Assembly (NCBI GenBank): GCA_963662285.2
Contig: CAXXMV010000008.1
Span: forward strand, 1,344,001 to 1,408,000
From: a bacterium
GTDB taxonomy: Bacteria > Hinthialibacterota > Hinthialibacteria > Hinthialibacterales > Hinthialibacteraceae
DNA length: 64,000 nt
Direction of reading: 5' to 3'
Both the position numbers and the translations under genes were made by a program. The notes beneath the pieces are model-generated. The model saw only the letters and a list, made by a program, of their open reading frames with translations. It was not told where the DNA came from and ran no database searches. Shown piece by piece: positions 1-11,265 of this stretch (position 1 is its first letter; each line of letters starts with the position of its first letter).

Positions 1-519
1 TTTTTCCAGTCTAATGCGCTCTTCAATTTCCTTCTTCAATTTTTCATTTGCTTCCAAATATTCGGAGGTACGTTCTTGCACTTTGATTTCTAGAATTTGG
101 TTATGCTTTTGCAATTCCTTCCGCAGTCGACACAGTTCCAGATGGGTTTTGACTCGAGCGTAGACTTCCTCCGCCTGAAAAGGCTTCGTTATATAATCTA
201 CTCCTCCGGCATTGAATCCCTTGATCTTATCTGATGTTTCATCGAGAGCGCTTATGAAAATGATGGGAATGTCTCGGAGCGTATCGCTCGCCTTTAGTCG
301 TTCGCAGACTTCGTAGCCATTCATTTCCGGCATATTTATATCAAGAATAATAAGATCCGGAGGATCGTTCGCAACCGCCTCCAAAGCCAATACACCGCTA
401 ACAAACGCTCGAATCTCATATCCTTGCTTCTTCAATAATTCGCTTAACAGCCGCAGGTTGGCTGGCGTGTCGTCCACAAGAATGACGTTCGCGTTGAGAA
501 ATCCCTCTGATGATTCCAT
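1..519 (-). CDS. Response regulator receiver protein with coiled coil (partial; 3' end runs off the window, likely fused to an output or kinase domain)
   Basis: Not in the ORF track. Manual translation from ATG at 519 (TAATG overlap with the upstream stop) gives MESSEGFLNANVILVDDTPANLRLL...PPDLIILDINMPEMNGYEVC...IPIIFISA...GGVDYITKPF, a classic REC domain, open to the window edge. Confidence 0.9.
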   Translation of the reverse strand, partial: MESSEGFLNANVILVDDTPANLRLLSELLKKQGYEIRAFVSGVLALEAVANDPPDLIILDINMPEMNGYEVCERLKASDTLRDIPIIFISALDETSDKIKGFNAGGVDYITKPFQAEEVYARVKTHLELCRLRKELQKHNQILEIKVQERTSEYLEANEKLKKEIEERIRLEK

Positions 520-1628
520 TATTGTTTCCTTCCTTCATGTATTATGGAATATTCATTTTCGATCTTTAAGAATGCATTGACAACGGATGGATCGAAATGC
601 AAACCCTTTTCGTGTGAGATAATCTCGCAGGTTTTTTCGTGGGAAAATTCCGGCTTGTAACATCGTTTAGAACGAAGCGCGTCGTAAACGTCCGCCATCG
701 CCATGATCCGGCTCTCCAGAGGGATATCTTCTCCAGCCAAGCCATCTGGATACCCCAGACCATCCCATCGTTCGTGATGAGAGCGTGCGATAGCCGCCCC
801 CATGGTGATAAAAGCATTGTTGGGATAATTGTTTTTTACTGCTTCAAGATTTCTAGCGCCGATGATTGTATGCGTTTTCATGATTTCGAATTCTTGCTCG
901 GTTAGTCTTCCAGGTTTAAGAAGTATTGTATCTGGAATGGCGACTTTGCCAATATCGTGCAGCGGACTAACATGGAATAGATTATTAACAAAATCATCGG
1001 TCACTACATTCTTAAAACCATCCCATTTACGAAGTTCCAAGGCCAATGTGATGCAATAACCTTGCGTTCTCTCAATATGCCGACCGGTTTCGTCGTCGCG
1101 TGCTTCGGCTATTTTTGATATGGCGCGGATTGTAGCCAAATGGGCATAGGAAATTTCTTCCCGCGCCGCCATGATAACGCGAACCTGTTGGTCAACGAGT
1201 TCCTGAAGATGAAGGTTATGTTGATGGAGTTTGGCCTGATAGTTGCGAATTTTCAAATGAGTTTCGACGCGGGCGCGTACTTCCTCAATTTGAAACGGTT
1301 TCGTGATATAATCGACGCCGCCGCATTGGAAAGCTAATAGTTTATCTTCTGTTTCGTTCATTCCACTTAAAAAAATTATGGGAATATCGGTGAGTTCGCA
1401 AGTCGCTTTAAACTGTTGGCATACTTGATACCCGTTCATTTCAGGCATGTTGATATCGAGAAGCAGTAAATCCGGTGGATCTACTATAGCGGCGGATATA
1501 GCCATTTTTCCACGGGGAAACGCCCGAACGGTGTATCCATCTTCTTCCAGGATTCGCACTAATAACCGCAGGTTTTCGGGTGTATCATCCACTACCATGA
1601 TGTTCGTGTGATTCAAAACCGTACTCAT
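519..1628 (-). CDS. REC + HD-GYP cyclic di-GMP phosphodiesterase response regulator (RpfG family)
   Basis: N-terminal REC (VVDD, DINMP, KPF), then ARDDETGRH, HDIGK, HHERWDGLGYP and ADVYDAL motifs of HD-GYP domains. Confidence 0.95.
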   Translation of the reverse strand: MSTVLNHTNIMVVDDTPENLRLLVRILEEDGYTVRAFPRGKMAISAAIVDPPDLLLLDINMPEMNGYQVCQQFKATCELTDIPIIFLSGMNETEDKLLAFQCGGVDYITKPFQIEEVRARVETHLKIRNYQAKLHQHNLHLQELVDQQVRVIMAAREEISYAHLATIRAISKIAEARDDETGRHIERTQGYCITLALELRKWDGFKNVVTDDFVNNLFHVSPLHDIGKVAIPDTILLKPGRLTEQEFEIMKTHTIIGARNLEAVKNNYPNNAFITMGAAIARSHHERWDGLGYPDGLAGEDIPLESRIMAMADVYDALRSKRCYKPEFSHEKTCEIISHEKGLHFDPSVVNAFLKIENEYSIIHEGRKQ

Positions 1629-4600
1629 GATTCTTGCCTTTTTCTATCAAATAAATCATTCAAGGCGTAAAAATCGAAACCATCTGCCAATTCCATCAGA
1701 TACTCCGACAGCGCGGCATCAATTTTTTCAACTTGTCGAATCAGATCGATCAGCTTATTTATATACCCCTGGTTAATGGCTTGCAGCATTTGTTCCACCA
1801 ATTCGTCGGGCAATCCAGACAACGACTGTCTGATCGCTTCCTTCTTCGCCAAACGGCCTTCTTCGGTGGAAACGTCTCCAATCTCGTTCTCGTTCGTCGC
1901 GATGTAAATAAATTTCACATGGGCGTGTCGTTCGATCTCCTGATATAATTCTTCTTCCCTAAAAGGCTTGCGTATGAATCCATCGGCCCCCGCTTCAATC
2001 GCTTTGTTCAAGTCCTCCACCAGGGCGCTAGCCGAAACCATGAGAATCGGAATCTGTACTCCCGTTTCCATCGAACGGATGCGCTTCATGGTTTCACAAC
2101 CGTCGATACCCGGCATAACCATATCCATAAAAATCATATCCGGTCGCCAATCTTTGAAAATCTCTATGGCCTTGAATCCATCTTCCGCTTCCCGGACGGT
2201 AAATCCAACATTAGATAGCATACGCGCCAGAAGGTCCCGATTTGTATCGCGATCATCGACTACCAAAACATGCAATGATTTCTGATCGGGAGCGATCCTC
2301 TCCACTCGACGAGTAGGTGATGTATGAACTTCTGTTTCACTTTTGTTTCGAATTTCCGCCTCAAATTCGAGCCGGAAAATGCTGCCTTCCCCCAACTCGC
2401 TCGTCAAAGTAATATCGCCCCCCATCATCCGGGCGTATCGACGGCTGATCGGCATTCCCAATCCCGTACCTACGCCTCGGTTCTTACCGCTTTCGGTCTG
2501 TTCGAATTGATTGAAGACTTTTTCAATCTCATCCGGAGTGATGCCGCATCCCGTATCTTCGACGTCAATGGAGATTTTGCATTTTGGATATGAATTGTCT
2601 TGGGAAGGCGGATTTTCATCTTCAGACCGCTCCATATAAACACGGATAACGATCTGTCCTTGATCTGTAAATTTCAACGCGTTTCCGATAATGTTAATCA
2701 ACGCCTGTTTTATTTTTCCTTCATCGGCATGGAGTATGCGCGGGATGTCGTCGACTCGCTCAACACGCAATTGGATCATTTTTTCATCCAACCGGCCCTG
2801 AAACATCGCTTCAAGGTCGTCGAGAAGCGAATGAAAATCGAAGGTTTCGGGATTCAGCGTAATACGCCCCGATTCAATTTTCGACATTTCCAATACATCG
2901 TTGATTAAATCCATTAGATGTTCGCCGCTTCGATTGACAATCTCTATGAACTCTTTCTGTTGCCTGGTAATACCTGGTTCCCGATGCAATAGTTGCGAGT
3001 ATCCCAGAATTGCATTCATGGGCGTACGGATTTCATGCGACATGTTGGCTAAAAAAATGCTTTTCGCTTGATTGGCCGCATCCGCGACTTCCATGGCTTT
3101 TTGAAGTTCTTCCTCGGCTTGCTTTTGGGCAGTCACGTCTTCAGTGACTACGACGGCGTGCGTGATTTTGCCATTGACGTTTCTATAGGGGTAATACTTG
3201 ATACTGCAGAAGCGCCTACCTAATTTTGTAAGATTCAACCATACCTCATAATGAAGTTCCTCACCCTGAAAACAGCGCTCGAAACAGGGTTGAATATACT
3301 GCTCGAATGCATCCCGTCCCCATACATCCGAGGCTGAATGACCTATGATATCTTCGCGATTTTTGCATACTGATGTACAATATTCATTATTCACGGCTTC
3401 GTAAACGTAATCTTGCCGCACTAAACTCATCATAACACGGACCGCATTAGTGATGAATTCATAATGATGAAGTTTCTCGTCTCGTTTCTTGATTTCTGTA
3501 ATGTCATTTCCTACACACAAAATTTCAGTGCTATTTTTCTCCTTATTGTAAAGCGGCTTATTAGTCCATGCTATCCAAACTCGGTCGCCATTACAACGCA
3601 TATTCTCGTTTTCATTTGTTTTATATTTTTCTGGGTAAAGAATAAGATTTTGAATCATACTTTTCAAATCGCGCATCATCGAATCGGTTTCAGGAACAAT
3701 AGTATTTATTACATTTCTTCCGATAATTTCTTTTTTAGAATATCCAAAAAACTTTTCTGCAAATTCATTGAAAAATGTGATATTTCCTTCAATATCCATT
3801 CTCAAGATGATGCTATTGGCATTCTCAACAAGCTCACGATATTTGTTTTCGCTGTCGCGCAGGGCCTCTTCGATCCGTTTTCTTCCAACGATTTCTCGGG
3901 CCAAACGACGATTCCAATAGACGATACAACCCAAGATTATAAGGGAAATAAGAGCAACCCACCACACCATTACCCAATCGACTTCGTGCTCTACTTCCAC
4001 CTGAGTCCAACGGTCTAGAAAACGCTTTTTCTCGGATTCGGGGATACTCTGAAGAGCTTTATCCAGAATGACAATCAGTTCCGGCCAATCTTTTCTCACG
4101 GCAAATGAAAAATCGAGATTGTACGGAGTCGTGGCGGCAACGCGCAGGTTAAGCAAACCTAGTTTTTTCGTAGCATACCGGATGGTTTCCAGATCGCCAA
4201 CAAACGCATCCGCTTTACCTTTGGAAACGGTTAGTAGAGCCTCCTCCAGATCGTTCACAAAAAGGAATTTTTTTTGGGGATAATCCCGGCTTACTAATTC
4301 ACTCGACGCATAGCCTTCGATTAGAGCCACTTTCAAATCGGGAAAATCGCTAATTCCCTTAACAAATGGAGCATCTTCCCGCGTCAATATCACCAGAGGT
4401 ACGCGTAGATACGGTTGAGTGAAAAGTAAGTAATCGCTGCGCGTCGGTGTTTTCACAATACAAGGCAGTACGTCGATCTCGCCCTTCCGAATTTTCTCCA
4501 TCACGTCATTCCAATTCTCGGACGCCTCGAGCTGCATATCAATATCGAGTTGTTGGTTCAATAGGGTAACGTAATCAGATGCAACCCCATTGTGCATATT

Positions 4601-6553
4601 TGTTGTATCGATAAAATCGTAAGGTGGGTGATAGGGATCGACGCCCAGTCGCATTTGACGGCGCCGTGACAGCCATTCCTTCTCATCCTGACTAAGCGTC
4701 AGTTTAGGTGTGATATCTGTCGATTCCTGTTCCAGACTCGTCCATTTACGCCGGATCGTTCGATATTCCTCTTGCGTGATAGAAGCCAGCGCCTGGTTCA
4801 GTATCGAAAGAAATTCCGGCCAGTCTTTACGGATTCCGATTGTAAGAACAACCGGCGCTTTGGACGATTGTCCCATGACCTTAAGATTTGTAAGCAGGTC
4901 TTTTTCGATCAAATGAATTATGACGGCGCGATTTCCGATATAAGCATCCACCTCGCTTCGGGATACGGCATCCAGCGCGCCCCGTGTGGTTTCATACTCA
5001 ACAACGATGATCTCAGGATAATTTTGTTGGATGTTTTTAATATTAAAGAAACCGCTTTCGATGGCGACTTTTTTACCTGCCAAATCATTCTCAGAATCGA
5101 AATACATCCCATCCTTCCGCCCGACGATAACATGAGGAACGATCAGGTATGGATTGGTGAAATTAAAGTATGGTTCGCGCTCCGGTTGGGGCGTGATATC
5201 CATTAATGCATCGAGTTGCTGGTTTTTCACCCTGTCATAGTTCTCAGCAAACGGAGCCGCTTCCAAAACAAGTACACCGCCCAACCGCTTATTGATAACC
5301 TTGATATACTCAACGCCGATGCCCTGGAGGCGGCCCTGTTTGTCCACGAAATTCAAAGGCGGCCATGCATCCATGATACCCACTCGGATTTGGGGATGTT
5401 CGGACAACCATACTCTTTCTTCCTGCTTCATAGAGAGAGTGGGTTCGGATTTCTTTGCACGAATAAAGCCCTCCGGCACTGTTGCGGTCTTTGCCATTCC
5501 CAGACGGTAAAAGGTTTCCGCCGCCCAGTTATACCTCGCCGGATTCACCTCGCCCAGTGGAATCAACTCCGGCAGAATCATGATATCGATCATCTTGGCT
5601 TCGTACTCTAATAACGCGCGATCGGTCGAGGTAACGTATTTGCGTTGAATGAAGTCAATCATCTCTTCTTGGTGAGACAGTGCATATTGCCATCCCTTAA
5701 GTGTGGCTCGGAGGACGCGTTCGGCGCGACCCGGATGACCGGCGATCTCCTTTTCGGTCGTAAAGAGATTGTCTCCATAAAAGTCCATTCCATACGACTG
5801 GGGATTTATGATGTTGACATCAACGCCCCATTTCTTCATGAGATAGGGTTGGTCAGTTATGAAAGTGGCGATTGCATCGACTTTACCAGATAAGAATTCG
5901 TTGTAATTAAAGTTATGTTGAATGGCGTTAACCTTCGATATTCCTCCAAGAATTTCCTTGATCGCGGCGTAAAGCGGCGCTTCGTATTTTACGCGCAGTT
6001 CCATCATGACCCGTTTCCCGATCATCTCGTATGGACTTACGATGCCGCTTTCACGCTTTGTGATAAAAATCAGAGGAGAATGTTGGAATATCTGACCCAA
6101 CAAAACAACTGGCTCTCCTTCCATCCGGTAAAGCAGAAGTCCTGAATCGCTAATTCCATATTCGGCTTCACCGTCCAGAACCGATTCGACGTTGTATTTC
6201 TCAAAGTCGCGTTCCTTCAATTGAACGTTGAGTCCTTCACTCGCGTAAAATCCCTTCTCGACGGCGGCGTAATAACCGGCAAAGTAGTATCCACGCGACC
6301 ACATATTCAACTGAATAGAGATTGTTTCCAGTGAATTATCATCAGTATTCGGCGAACCCCAGGCGGAGTGAGTATTCAAAAATGCGGTGAAGAAGCAAAA
6401 CACAGTACAGAGGACGACGACAGTCATATTGAGGAGGAATCCAGGCGCTATCAAACGTACAAAACATTTCAACTTGCTGTGGTGGTATCCGTAATTATTC
6501 GAATGATATATGAAATGAGATCGGTTGAATGCCATATCACTCCGTATCCACAA
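1625..6553 (-). CDS. Hybrid sensor histidine kinase: NMT1/THI5-like binding domain, two PBPb (BvgS/EvgS-like) domains, TM, two PAS, HisKA, HATPase, REC
   Basis: FAGYYAAVEKGFY and DFYGDNLFT (NMT1/THI5-like); two family-3 SBP repeats ending in IRKDWPE and VRKDWPE; FLANMSHEIRTPMN; GTGLGM; C-terminal VVDD..DMVMP..KPF. Start codon uncertain (ATG at 6535 or later is plausible). Confidence 0.93.
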   Translation of the reverse strand: MWIRSDMAFNRSHFIYHSNNYGYHHSKLKCFVRLIAPGFLLNMTVVVLCTVFCFFTAFLNTHSAWGSPNTDDNSLETISIQLNMWSRGYYFAGYYAAVEKGFYASEGLNVQLKERDFEKYNVESVLDGEAEYGISDSGLLLYRMEGEPVVLLGQIFQHSPLIFITKRESGIVSPYEMIGKRVMMELRVKYEAPLYAAIKEILGGISKVNAIQHNFNYNEFLSGKVDAIATFITDQPYLMKKWGVDVNIINPQSYGMDFYGDNLFTTEKEIAGHPGRAERVLRATLKGWQYALSHQEEMIDFIQRKYVTSTDRALLEYEAKMIDIMILPELIPLGEVNPARYNWAAETFYRLGMAKTATVPEGFIRAKKSEPTLSMKQEERVWLSEHPQIRVGIMDAWPPLNFVDKQGRLQGIGVEYIKVINKRLGGVLVLEAAPFAENYDRVKNQQLDALMDITPQPEREPYFNFTNPYLIVPHVIVGRKDGMYFDSENDLAGKKVAIESGFFNIKNIQQNYPEIIVVEYETTRGALDAVSRSEVDAYIGNRAVIIHLIEKDLLTNLKVMGQSSKAPVVLTIGIRKDWPEFLSILNQALASITQEEYRTIRRKWTSLEQESTDITPKLTLSQDEKEWLSRRRQMRLGVDPYHPPYDFIDTTNMHNGVASDYVTLLNQQLDIDMQLEASENWNDVMEKIRKGEIDVLPCIVKTPTRSDYLLFTQPYLRVPLVILTREDAPFVKGISDFPDLKVALIEGYASSELVSRDYPQKKFLFVNDLEEALLTVSKGKADAFVGDLETIRYATKKLGLLNLRVAATTPYNLDFSFAVRKDWPELIVILDKALQSIPESEKKRFLDRWTQVEVEHEVDWVMVWWVALISLIILGCIVYWNRRLAREIVGRKRIEEALRDSENKYRELVENANSIILRMDIEGNITFFNEFAEKFFGYSKKEIIGRNVINTIVPETDSMMRDLKSMIQNLILYPEKYKTNENENMRCNGDRVWIAWTNKPLYNKEKNSTEILCVGNDITEIKKRDEKLHHYEFITNAVRVMMSLVRQDYVYEAVNNEYCTSVCKNREDIIGHSASDVWGRDAFEQYIQPCFERCFQGEELHYEVWLNLTKLGRRFCSIKYYPYRNVNGKITHAVVVTEDVTAQKQAEEELQKAMEVADAANQAKSIFLANMSHEIRTPMNAILGYSQLLHREPGITRQQKEFIEIVNRSGEHLMDLINDVLEMSKIESGRITLNPETFDFHSLLDDLEAMFQGRLDEKMIQLRVERVDDIPRILHADEGKIKQALINIIGNALKFTDQGQIVIRVYMERSEDENPPSQDNSYPKCKISIDVEDTGCGITPDEIEKVFNQFEQTESGKNRGVGTGLGMPISRRYARMMGGDITLTSELGEGSIFRLEFEAEIRNKSETEVHTSPTRRVERIAPDQKSLHVLVVDDRDTNRDLLARMLSNVGFTVREAEDGFKAIEIFKDWRPDMIFMDMVMPGIDGCETMKRIRSMETGVQIPILMVSASALVEDLNKAIEAGADGFIRKPFREEELYQEIERHAHVKFIYIATNENEIGDVSTEEGRLAKKEAIRQSLSGLPDELVEQMLQAINQGYINKLIDLIRQVEKIDAALSEYLMELADGFDFYALNDLFDRKRQES

Positions 6554-6917
6554 TAGAAAATAGATATGTAAATTATATTATATTATACCACTCTTTTAGT
6601 TAGGGGTAGTTTATTAAAGACTCCTCAGTATAAAGTCTGTAATACAAGAAGTGGGGGATATTTTCCACTTTTACGGATTGACATTGATCACACAAAGCAC
6701 GAACCAGAAGATAATTAATAACGTGAGAAACAATAGTACCACACCGATATTACAATTCGTATTACAATACTATAAAACAATAGGGGATTGTAAAGGAATT
6801 TTTAGTAAAGCGACTATAAAGAGTCTTTTCCTCCTGATAATCAACACTGGCTATTTTAGCCTTTATTTATGGGCTTATTGTGGATAAACGATGAGTTTTT
6901 ATGAGGAGTTTTCAGGA

Positions 6918-6990
<73 letters not shown>

Positions 6991-7169
6991 GTTTAGTTGA
7001 TATATAGGCTTGAAATTTCAGTTTTTTAACGATAATTAGGTTATCAGCGAATATTGATCGGTCAAGCCGCTTAATCCGAACTTTTTGAGATTTTGCCTTG
7101 AGAGATTTGTACTTGCTTAGACGCTAAAGGCTTAGCAAATTCTGATTACATCAAATCTTATGCGGCAGC

Positions 7170-7211
7170 ATCAAGGACTAACCGCTTTGCGGTCTTGCTC
7201 TTAGCGCGCAG
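7170..7211 (+). repeat. Degenerate copy of the ~51-bp hairpin repeat family (see 42511 and 44209)
   Basis: ATCAAGGACTAACCGCTTTGCGGTCTTGCTCTTAGCGCGCAG aligns without gaps to ATCAAGGGCTGACCGCATTGCGGTCTTGCCCTTGGCACCCAG. Confidence 0.7.
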
Positions 7212-7631
7212 ATATTTAACACTCCTGCTGTAACGTTTGGATACAGATCAAAAAATGCTGATTTTTTTTAGGCAGTTTCTGCCGTTTTGGATGCTCAATT
7301 TTTAAATTCCTGGTGCGAATCATTTCTAAGGTTTGCTTACATGATCGCTTGGCAAACCAATAGGGTGGATCAAGTTCTTTTTCTCACCATTACCCGACCC
7401 CGATTGAGATCGTGACACTCAACCATAAAGAAAAGAGCATCCAGAGTTGACTCTCTTGCAGCCATTAAAAATTATTTAGACTTTTCTCCTTTTGGTCTAA
7501 TTATCTCTCCCTTTTCTGAAATATCCGGTAAAATAAATAGTAGTCATAGTATGATGAGTCGGCAAGAATTGGATGAAAGACAAAATCAAGCATCAATTAT
7601 TCTTAATCGATCATAATTCTGGAGACAAACA

Positions 7632-10600
7632 TTGAGGGCTAACCGCATCCTTTTTGGATTATTACTTACCTCTAGTTATCTATTTACTTCGTTAACATCC
7701 CATTCTCAGGATTTTTCCCGATGGCGCTTTTTAACATCCGAAAACGGTCTAGCAGAATCATGGGTATCCTCAATTACAATCGCGCCTGATGGCGCCGTCT
7801 ATGCTAATCATGGAGATATATTAGAATTTAGCATCTTTGACGGTTTTTCCATCCAAATAAAGAAATCCCCCGTTTCAACTGAGCGAATTTATAAAGATCA
7901 GCAAGATCAACTATGGACCGTCATTCCCGGTGAAAAAGGAGGAATTGCATATTTCAACCAAGAGCGTTGGCAAATATCCCCGATTCTGCAAAAGTCACGG
8001 AGAGATTTTCGTACGCGAATACCTTACTTACCCTGGGAAAACGAATTATTTCTATTATTTCCAGATACGTTACTCCAAACCAACCTGCAGCAAGATGATG
8101 TTTTAATTGTAAAACCATTGGAAGATACGTCTTTGGGACGGTTTAACGATATAAAACTGGTTGATCAATCCACCCTATGGATCGCCGGAGATAATGGATT
8201 GCTGAAATATGATCAAACGGACTGGCAAGAATACCTGATACCGTCTTCTCTAAACATTGGGCAATTGTCAAAACTCTCTTTCAACAAGAATGGCGAAATT
8301 CTGATGATAGGGAAAGATAAAAATACAGGCAAGGTTGATGCCATTCGTTTCAATAATGATAAATGGGAACGATTGAAAGTTGATATCAATGGTCTTTTTG
8401 GAGTTAGTTCCGGCAATGATGATGATATTTGGTATTTAAGCCATACGCCTGAATATTATAAAATTCATCATTCGTCTGATGGAATTCTTCAACTATTAGG
8501 CGAGCATAAAATACTCTCATCCAGAATTACTGATTATGCCGCTGATCCGGAGGGGAAATTCTGGCTGACGACAACTGCCGGATTAGCCTATTACTGCCCT
8601 CCACCCTGGAAACCACTGAGTCAATGGCCGGAAAATAAACCGGCTAATCTACTTTATGAAGATGAACAACAACGCTTATGGATACGAACCACAGATTCCA
8701 TAAACATCTACGATAAAGGCGAAATTACATGTATTCCATTTGGTGATTTAACCAATCAGTATTCTCATCTCTCAGGCGACATTATCAAAATCAACGAGAC
8801 AACCTATTATGTCAGTAATCATCAAGGAAAGTTGATCCAATTCAACCCCCTAACCAATTCGCTTACCTTATCTTCTTTACCAACCAAACGCTTTATCAAT
8901 GAATACTATAAAAGCAAAAACGGAACAATTTATTATTTAACTTACGATGAGGCAACCCAAAAACACCAACTGGCTTCATTAACAAGCGATGGAGTTTTTA
9001 CAGAACATGATAATACGATTGATTTCAATAATACAGGTAATTTTACCTGTATGCTTGATACCAGGAAATATGGCCTTCTAATCGCGGGGAACAAACGAAT
9101 AACTGCGATTCGCAATGATGAAGATGTGCAAAAACTAGTCAGTTCATATCCTGGCCGGGGAGCATTCTCGCTTCTCGAGTTTGATGATGGCCGAATCTGG
9201 TTCGGGGAACGCGACTGTATACTTGAGTATGATGGCTTAGAATGGAAATATATCCGAAAAACCGGGCTAGAAACAGTACGTTCTATGATCCAGGCCTCGG
9301 ATGGATCGATTTGGATTGGCTCTGGTAATGGGCTTCATCATTACTGGAAAGGAAGTTGGATTAAAAATGATAAATTTGACGGTTTACCAGACACGTCAAT
9401 CTCAAATGTTTTTCAAGATTCGTTAAATACTCTTTGGGTTGCGACAAGTTTAGGGATTTATTATTTTGATGGAGATGTAGATCAACAAACTCCGGATACC
9501 TTTATTCTACCAAATAGCAATCCACAAGAAATCCTGGTCAATACCGATTCCTTCATCTCGTTTTCCGGCCAAGATAAATGGAATTTCACCCTCGCGGATC
9601 ATTTAAAATACGCCTTCCGTTTTGATCAACAATCCTGGGGTGAATATCTCTCAGAAACGAAGGCCTCCACCGCGCATTTACTACCGGGGAAACATACTAT
9701 CCAGGTTAAGTCAATTGACCGCTGTATGAATATCGATCCCACCCCCGCTCTCTTTTCTTTTACCATCAAGAATCCATGGTACAAAGAAACCAAAGCGCTT
9801 GTGATGTTTGTTATCGGATCAATTCTACTTGGCATATCATCCATTTACGCAATCCATCGCCACATAATGCTGCATCATTTGGTAAATCAAAGAACCCTAG
9901 AACTTTCCAATACTAATACTGAACTCAAAGATGAAATCGCAATACGTCAAGAAATTGAAGATAAACTACGCCGCCTACGCAACTACCTGTCCAACATTAT
10001 CGACTCCATGCCTTCCCTGCTTATCGGCGTGGACGTCCATGGTAAAGTGACTCAGTGGAACAAAATAGCAGAACAAACCACGGGGATCACTTCCGCAGCT
10101 GCGCAGGGAAAAACCCTCTCTGATGTGTTTCCTCATATGGCTTCAGAGATGGAAAAAATAGCCGAAAGCATCCGCTCACGGGAAACCAAACGTGAACAGA
10201 AAAAATTTCATTTGTCCAAAAAAGGCGCACGCTATGAAGACGTGACCATTTACCCCCTAATCGCCAATGGTGTGGAAGGCGCTGTTATCCGCATTGACGA
10301 TGTGACCGACAAGGTACGCATGGAAGAGATGATGATTCAGAGCGAGAAGATGCTTTCAGTTGGTGGACTGGCAGCGGGAATGGCGCATGAGATAAACAAT
10401 CCCCTGGCCGGGATGATGCAGACCGCTGAGGTCATGAGAAATCGGCTTACTAATATAGAGTTGCCCGCCAATCACCGGGCCGCCGGAGAAGTCGGAACCT
10501 CAATGGAAACCATCCGCGCCTTTATGGAAAAGCGCGATGTGCCGGATATGCTGGATCGTATCAATGAATCGGGCAAACGCGCCGCCGTAATTGTAGCGAA

Positions 10601-11138
10601 TATGCTCAGTTTCGCCCGTAAGAGCGGCTCATCTTTCTCAATCCACAACCTGGCCGAACTGCTTGATAATACCGTGGATCTGGCTGGCAGCGACTATAAC
10701 CTGAAGAAGAAATTCGATTTCCGCCAAATAGAAATCGTCCGCGAATACGAAGACGACCTGCCCTTTGCGCCGTGCGAGTCTAGCAAAATCCAGCAGGTGT
10801 TCTTGAACATACTACGCAATGGCGCCGAAGCCATGCATGAAAAAATGGAAAAGGATATTGGCAAGAAGCCTCGATTCATTCTGCGACTGAAACACGAGCG
10901 TGAAACAGCGATGATCCGCATTGAGATCGAAGACAACGGTTCGGGCATGGACGAGGCTACCCGCAAACGCGTTTTCGAACCATTCTTCACCACCAAACCA
11001 CCAGACCAAGGCGCCGGCCTGGGCCTGAGCGTGTCCTATTTCATCATCACCGAAAACCATGGCGGCGAAATGAGCGTTGAGTCCACTCTGGGACAGGGAA
11101 CTCAATTCGTTATCCGTCTGCCAAATAAACTTAAGTAA
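7632..11138 (+). CDS. Sensor histidine kinase with periplasmic beta-propeller (Reg_prop/Y_Y_Y-like), TM, PAS, HisKA, HATPase
   Basis: Signal peptide; repeats such as NGLAESWVSSI, DGLPDTSISNVFQDSLNTLWVAT, WIGSGNGL; TM after PWYKE; AGMAHEINNPL; EDNGSGM; GAGLGL. GGAG RBS upstream of the TTG start. Confidence 0.92.
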   Translation: MRANRILFGLLLTSSYLFTSLTSHSQDFSRWRFLTSENGLAESWVSSITIAPDGAVYANHGDILEFSIFDGFSIQIKKSPVSTERIYKDQQDQLWTVIPGEKGGIAYFNQERWQISPILQKSRRDFRTRIPYLPWENELFLLFPDTLLQTNLQQDDVLIVKPLEDTSLGRFNDIKLVDQSTLWIAGDNGLLKYDQTDWQEYLIPSSLNIGQLSKLSFNKNGEILMIGKDKNTGKVDAIRFNNDKWERLKVDINGLFGVSSGNDDDIWYLSHTPEYYKIHHSSDGILQLLGEHKILSSRITDYAADPEGKFWLTTTAGLAYYCPPPWKPLSQWPENKPANLLYEDEQQRLWIRTTDSINIYDKGEITCIPFGDLTNQYSHLSGDIIKINETTYYVSNHQGKLIQFNPLTNSLTLSSLPTKRFINEYYKSKNGTIYYLTYDEATQKHQLASLTSDGVFTEHDNTIDFNNTGNFTCMLDTRKYGLLIAGNKRITAIRNDEDVQKLVSSYPGRGAFSLLEFDDGRIWFGERDCILEYDGLEWKYIRKTGLETVRSMIQASDGSIWIGSGNGLHHYWKGSWIKNDKFDGLPDTSISNVFQDSLNTLWVATSLGIYYFDGDVDQQTPDTFILPNSNPQEILVNTDSFISFSGQDKWNFTLADHLKYAFRFDQQSWGEYLSETKASTAHLLPGKHTIQVKSIDRCMNIDPTPALFSFTIKNPWYKETKALVMFVIGSILLGISSIYAIHRHIMLHHLVNQRTLELSNTNTELKDEIAIRQEIEDKLRRLRNYLSNIIDSMPSLLIGVDVHGKVTQWNKIAEQTTGITSAAAQGKTLSDVFPHMASEMEKIAESIRSRETKREQKKFHLSKKGARYEDVTIYPLIANGVEGAVIRIDDVTDKVRMEEMMIQSEKMLSVGGLAAGMAHEINNPLAGMMQTAEVMRNRLTNIELPANHRAAGEVGTSMETIRAFMEKRDVPDMLDRINESGKRAAVIVANMLSFARKSGSSFSIHNLAELLDNTVDLAGSDYNLKKKFDFRQIEIVREYEDDLPFAPCESSKIQQVFLNILRNGAEAMHEKMEKDIGKKPRFILRLKHERETAMIRIEIEDNGSGMDEATRKRVFEPFFTTKPPDQGAGLGLSVSYFIITENHGGEMSVESTLGQGTQFVIRLPNKLK

Positions 11139-11265
11139 TTGCCATAATAATGTACTGATGAGAGCGTCGTATGACTTATAAAGAACAAGAAAATTGGTAG
11201 TGAATTGACTATTCACCTGGTAATCTCTTGGCTTTACCAATGGCTGCGATAAAGGAGCATGGATC

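Noticed and set aside
6651-6887. 78-aa plus-strand ORF next to the tRNA
   Set aside because: AT-rich intergenic sequence with no recognisable motif or convincing RBS.
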